Assembly (NCBI GenBank): GCA_963835575.1
Contig: CAWIGG010000002.1
Span: 992,001-1,056,000, forward strand
DNA from: an uncultured Spirochaetota bacterium
Lineage (GTDB): Bacteria; Spirochaetota; Brevinematia; Brevinematales; JAOACQ01
Direction: 5' to 3'
Length of the DNA stretch: 64,000 bases
The notes beneath the pieces were generated by a model, which searched no databases, was not told the DNA's origin, and was given only the letters and a program-made list of their open reading frames with translations. This document shows positions 59,803 to 64,000 of the stretch, piece after piece. The first letter of the stretch is position 1. The number at the start of each line of letters is the position of its first letter. The position numbers and the translations under genes were made by a program.

Positions 59803-60342
59803 ATGCGGCCGCTAAGAAACAAACCGCTCAAAAACCCTGAGGAATCACTGTTTCAAAACATTATCCATGGATGCCTGACAGGCACAAAAAAGTTCGCCGT
59901 AATGGGGATCGGCGCCCTCCTCAATTCCGACGACGGCGCGGGCGTCGTCATCGCGGAAAACCTTCTCAAACTTTTCAAAAACAAACCTTCCGAAAAATAC
60001 CGGATTTACAGCGGCTGTACCGCCCCGGAGAACTTTACCGGAGAGATCAAGCGCTTTTTTCCAGACCATCTGCTGGTCGTGGACGCGGCGGACTTCAAGG
60101 CAAAGCCCGGGAGCGTACAGATCATCGATATGGACAAGATAGGCGGGGTTTCATTCAGCTCGCACATGCTTCCCATTAAAATAATGATCGATTATTTGAA
60201 GAAGGAAATAGGGTGCAGGGTCACGCTTCTCGGCATTCAACCGGACAATATTACATACGGGGAGAAGATGACGCCGGCTGTCAGGAAGACGGTGAAGGAA
60301 CTGACGGAGATTCTGAAGGAAGAAATAGAAAGGATTATCTAA
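59803..60342 (+). CDS. hycI: Hydrogenase maturation endopeptidase
   Basis: MGIG..L.SDDGAG, APEN, VVDAA, SSH.LP, LGIQP. Confidence 0.88.
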   Translation: MRPLRNKPLKNPEESLFQNIIHGCLTGTKKFAVMGIGALLNSDDGAGVVIAENLLKLFKNKPSEKYRIYSGCTAPENFTGEIKRFFPDHLLVVDAADFKAKPGSVQIIDMDKIGGVSFSSHMLPIKIMIDYLKKEIGCRVTLLGIQPDNITYGEKMTPAVRKTVKELTEILKEEIERII

Positions 60343-60537
60343 TCATATCAGAACTTATCAATAAACCATTCTTTATTAAAATACCAAATTCAGCAGGATT
60401 TAACTGGATTAACAGGAAGATTGTTTTAGTTAAGTCAAGAAAAAAACAATCAAAATATTTAAAAAACCTCAGTAGTTCGATATAATAAAGGCGGAAGAAA
60501 ATGGAGGTGTTGCTCGCGGAATATTTCCGCAGGGTTT

Positions 60538-61812
60538 CTAACCCACTTTTGCCACCCCGTTTTCTTCCATTTTCCTTATATTTTCAGACTCATAGTCCTT
60601 TAATATCCGAAATATCTTACGGACTAATGCTCTGGCAACCCTTTTATTCGCTTCGAGCCTGCTCATTCCATTTTTTATCAAATTCCTGTGCATGCCGGAA
60701 ATATGGTGGTCCGGATTCCAGTGAACAAAGTTCTTGGCCGCGTTCATAAAAGCGTTTTTCAAACGGCGGTTATAATCGTGAGTATGTTTCATCTTCTTTC
60801 TTTCACCCCTATTTTTCTTTCCGGTTTCATCTTCCACCATACCGAATCCCGCATATAACGCCAGGCTGTCCTCTTTAACAAAACGATTGATATGAATAAT
60901 CTCGGCTATCATCGTAGAGGCAGTGATCACGCCGATTCCTTTCAACCCATTGCCATTGGATTCGTCATAGGCTAAAACCCGGACAGCTTCCCTGGATTCA
61001 GCCAGATTATCCAAAATCTTCTTCATTTCTTCCTTATGGCCTTTCAAAAGAATAATATTTTCAGCAGATTGCCGGATCATCATGGAAATGGGGCCCGCTA
61101 CACCCAAGATTCTTTGGGCTATTACCTGTAAGCCGGCGATGGTCTTATCCCGGCCTCTATAAGAGCCTCCACCCATCAGCTCTTTCATTTTCTCCGCACT
61201 TAATCTCCTCCATTGGCTTAAATCGGGACAATTACACAGCAAATTCAGTACTCCTGCGCTATTCAAAACATTATGTCTGTTATCCGTCTCCATATTCTTG
61301 CCGCTTAAGAACAGGTAAACATCCGGGGAAGCCTCGCATAAAAGCTTCCACAGCCCGGATATTTCCTCTGTGATCCTGCCGCTTACACTTTCATATTTCC
61401 GGGTTATCGTCTGTAATTCGCTGTCAACAGGATAGACCCTTCTCCATTTTTCCAGAGAACCGTTCATTTCACGCTCTAAAGCCAAAAGAGCGGCGGCATG
61501 AGCATCCTTTTCGTTGTTCTTTCCCGCCGGGAGCTGGCTTTTCCTCTTTTGTTCAACATCCCTTGCTTTAAACGAGTAATAGGTCATCGATTCCTTACGA
61601 AGCACTTTCTCTAAGGGCTTACTCTGCCCGTTGCTTCCCTCGATGGCGATAATCGGGTCATTTTTCGACCGAGTCCATTCGATCAGATTATCAAGGCCGC
61701 TTGTGGTAACCGGAAAGGCTTTCCGTTCCGTTTTCCAGTCTTCCGCTTTGACATACATACACACATACTGTTGTGAATCGGGATCAATCCCGATAGCATC
61801 CCGGATTAGCAT
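60538..61812 (-). CDS. IS110-family DEDD recombinase/transposase
   Basis: IGID, IAIEG, GKNNEKDA RuvC-like domain; GIG.ITA...IAEI..I.RF....LALYAG C-terminal domain; GGAGG RBS. Confidence 0.9.
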   Translation of the reverse strand: MLIRDAIGIDPDSQQYVCMYVKAEDWKTERKAFPVTTSGLDNLIEWTRSKNDPIIAIEGSNGQSKPLEKVLRKESMTYYSFKARDVEQKRKSQLPAGKNNEKDAHAAALLALEREMNGSLEKWRRVYPVDSELQTITRKYESVSGRITEEISGLWKLLCEASPDVYLFLSGKNMETDNRHNVLNSAGVLNLLCNCPDLSQWRRLSAEKMKELMGGGSYRGRDKTIAGLQVIAQRILGVAGPISMMIRQSAENIILLKGHKEEMKKILDNLAESREAVRVLAYDESNGNGLKGIGVITASTMIAEIIHINRFVKEDSLALYAGFGMVEDETGKKNRGERKKMKHTHDYNRRLKNAFMNAAKNFVHWNPDHHISGMHRNLIKNGMSRLEANKRVARALVRKIFRILKDYESENIRKMEENGVAKVG

Positions 61813-61822
61813 TTTTTCCTCC

Positions 61823-62008
61823 AGCAGATTAAAATATCAGACCGTTCCATTTCGGCACCCTTGTAATGAGCGACAGGATTATTCAAGGGAATATCCTGGC
61901 AATTGTTTTAAGAGACCAAAACGGTCCTTGTGGAGTTGGCAATCTTCCTGTGTGCCTTGGTTTCAAACCAGAAGGCAGGCGGGTAGTGAGCAACAACTTC
62001 CACAAGGA
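61823..62008 (-). ncRNA. Candidate IS110 bridge/seek RNA
   Basis: TTTACA-16 bp-TAGAAT promoter (62039-62012), then two stem-internal loop-hairpin domains. Confidence 0.6.
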
Positions 62009-62389
62009 GGTATTCTACTGAAGAATTATTTTTTGTAAACTTTTTCTCCAAAATATAGCTTACAAGGCAGGAAGAAGGGAAGGGGTACGGGAGTTAACCA
62101 CAGATTGCACAGATTGCACAGAAGGAAATCGGGGAATAGGGGCTACGCCCGGTTATACAAAGGAAATCAAATAAATGGAGTTCTTTATAATTTTATTAAA
62201 GTTTATTGAGTTGATATAATTAAATGGGGATTACACTGATTGAAGGTATTTTTCTGCTTTTGCGAGTAAAAAAACGCCTTTGCGAGAGACATTATTTCAC
62301 GCAAAGTCGCAGCCGTAGGACCGGCACAACAGGCATTGCGGCGGCGAGGAGCGCAACAGCTATGCCTTGTTATATGGCGTTTTACCTGC

Positions 62390-62785
62390 CTATCGGTATA
62401 ATTCGTAATAGTTTCTAGGGTTTATTATTTTTGTATTTTTATAATTTATTAAATCTAATAAATCTTTATCGCCGGTAAGGATTAAATCAGCTTCAATATT
62501 ATCAGCCAATAATAATACAGGATTATCTTTTATATCTCTGCTTTTTTTATACAATAATCCTTTTGGTTCAACAATTTCACTTATTTGCTTAAGGAATTTT
62601 AACAGACGTATGATTTCATCTTCCGGTACATGGAATTTATTCTCTAATTTGGTTTTCAATTCTGTCAAAATCCATTCGGATAAATAAATATCATCATTGT
62701 CAATACATAAATCAAAAACTTTTTTAGCAAGTCCATCTGTTAAAAAGGAAGATAGCAGCACATTTGTATCAATTACAATCTTCAA
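62390..62785 (-). CDS. PIN-domain toxin (VapC-like)
   Basis: IVIDTNVLLS, E, RD.KDN, ADLILTGDKDLL. Confidence 0.92.
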   Translation of the reverse strand: MKIVIDTNVLLSSFLTDGLAKKVFDLCIDNDDIYLSEWILTELKTKLENKFHVPEDEIIRLLKFLKQISEIVEPKGLLYKKSRDIKDNPVLLLADNIEADLILTGDKDLLDLINYKNTKIINPRNYYELYR

Positions 62786-63006
62786 GATAGTTCTTTATCA
62801 TTGTAAATATCTTCATCAGAATAGAAACCTGCTTTTTCAGCATAAGGAACTAAGCTATCCCTGATATTATAAAATTCATCATGTAAAAGATACTTATCAA
62901 GAGCTTTATTTATTATTTCGCTTTTAGTCAAGTGTTTTTTCCTGGAAATTGATTCCAGTTTTTTTTTGAGAATTGGATTAATACTTACTGTTAATATCTG
63001 TCTCAT
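62782..63006 (-). CDS. Ribbon-helix-helix (CopG-like) antitoxin
   Basis: ILTVSI...L...L....TKSEIINKAL; 4-bp overlap with the toxin gene; AAGGAG RBS. Confidence 0.88.
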   Translation of the reverse strand: MRQILTVSINPILKKKLESISRKKHLTKSEIINKALDKYLLHDEFYNIRDSLVPYAEKAGFYSDEDIYNDKELS

Positions 63007-63024
63007 ATAGAACTCCTTCCTAAC

Positions 63025-63061
63025 TGTATTACAGTATAATACAAATTATAATTGAAGTCAA
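63025..63061 (-). promoter_or_regulatory. TA promoter with palindromic operator
   Basis: TTGACT-17 bp-TATACT; TGTATTA-5-TAATACA (63025-63043) overlaps the -10 box. Confidence 0.65.
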
Positions 63062-63621
63062 TTGAATTTTAAAAAGTCAGGCAGGGAGGCGAAAAGTCAT
63101 ATGTGAAGCCCGCGGGACTTAGAGCTTTGCTTGGTTCGACAAGCACATCACATCGCTTGTCGAACGGGTTTGGTGAGCCCTGCCGTTGTAAATAGATTTT
63201 TTTCACAGGGAGACGGGAAGATATTTTGTTCAGAGTTGAGTTATAGGTTAAAAACAAATCTATTTTCTTCCCGCTTCTTGTCTAAATAAACCACTGAGAG
63301 CACCCTTCGATGAACTCAGGGTAAACTCCGGACACGGAGATTTCTGTATTTACAAGACTTTGTAATTAAACATAAGCGTATTTTAATACCCGATTGTTTA
63401 CAAGGATGATGCGGATAACACGGATTTTCGCGGATCAGATGATTTCTTCCGGTATCATAAAGCTCACAAACAATAACAACATATCAGACGACATTTTAAT
63501 TATAAAAATTCCAGTCTTGACAGTAAAGTATTGCTTTATTAAGATGAATATAAGAAACTTCGTGTATTTTATAAAAAATGAAATGCGTTTATATGGATAT
63601 AAGTGCACGCTCGCCCTCTTT

Positions 63622-64000
63622 TGCCGTCCGGCAGGTTTAGTGACCCACCCCCCTGACTACCTTCAGTATAGCCTTTTCAGATTTTCAGGTCAAAGATTTT
63701 AACTCATTTTTCTTGATAAAATTATTTAACCTGAAACTTTTACCTTCAATAACTATTTTAACCGAACCATCTATCAATCGGTCCATAACAGCGCTGCCGA
63801 TCAATGGATTGGAGAAAACGGAAGGCCATTCCGAAAGATCCCGGTTGCTTGTTATGATAGTCGATGCCTTTGTATAACGGCCATAGATTATTTCATAAAG
63901 GTCATCCTGCTGCTGCTGGTTCAAATCCTGGAGCCCGAAGTCATCCAGTATTAGAAGTTCGATTTTACAGATGTTTTTCAACTTTAAGATGTGACTTCCA
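63622..64000 (-). mobile_element. IS21-family element, right end
   Basis: istB 3' end followed by IRR-like GGTGGGTCACTAAACCTGCCGGACGGCA ending in CA at 63622. Confidence 0.75.
63685..64000 (-). CDS. istB: IS21 helper AAA+ ATPase, 3' part
   Basis: LLILDDFG (Walker B), STIITSN, W..VF, AVMDRL, GKSFR; frame is open to the window edge. Confidence 0.92.
   Translation of the reverse strand, partial: GSHILKLKNICKIELLILDDFGLQDLNQQQQDDLYEIIYGRYTKASTIITSNRDLSEWPSVFSNPLIGSAVMDRLIDGSVKIVIEGKSFRLNNFIKKNELKSLT

Larger units (their letters stand above)
60488..62067 (-). mobile_element. IS110-family insertion sequence (approximate ends)
   Basis: Full-length transposase plus structured upstream non-coding end; AAGGC(A)GGAAGAA at both putative junctions (60488-60499, 62064-62076); no long TIRs. 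Confidence 0.7.

Noticed and set aside
260..60749. Many overlapping or antisense ORFs in the track (for example 2916-3410, 25737-26288, 30107-30808, 57047-58015)
   Set aside because: They are shadows of well-supported genes, with no RBS or recognisable motifs.
63079..63184. Nested hairpin (GGCAGGG/CCCTGCC, TTCGACAAGC/GCTTGTCGAA) as an ncRNA
   Set aside because: It is built from REP-like words also seen near 41313 and 45560, so it is better explained as repeat debris.
1..64000. CRISPR array
   Set aside because: No run of identical 25-45-bp repeats with unique spacers and no cas genes; the repeats seen are palindromic, dispersed or short-period.

Overview
This is a 64-kb bacterial chromosomal window, probably from an anaerobe. 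The many lipoproteins and the long PPi-PFK suggest a spirochaete, but that is inference only. Housekeeping and metabolic genes include tRNA-Ser(GCT), an AddA-like helicase-nuclease, panB, purH, a P-type ATPase, a CDF transporter, a galT-galK fusion, a frameshifted pfp, a GH3 glucosidase and a divergent K+-independent membrane pyrophosphatase. A 12-gene group-4 [NiFe]-hydrogenase operon has three antiporter-like subunits. Accessory DNA includes a MalT/LuxR-DUF4386 module, two PIN toxin-antitoxin loci (one dead), IS3 and IS21 fragments, a truncated SEFIR/TIR gene and an apparently intact IS110 with a bridge-RNA-like leader. Intergenic spaces carry several families of palindromic repeats. Best leads: (1) an AT-rich cassette bounded by 20-bp direct repeats, in which a strong promoter drives a structured, U-tract-ended RNA directly upstream of a DUF3800 RNase-H-fold gene (type III TA-like RNA+nuclease layout); (2) a ~385-nt rod-shaped imperfect hairpin between purH and an unannotated histone-H1-like mini gene; (3) the IS110 leader, whose loops match the element junction. 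Several single-base homopolymer frameshifts may be assembly errors. All calls come from reading the sequence by eye; no searches were run.
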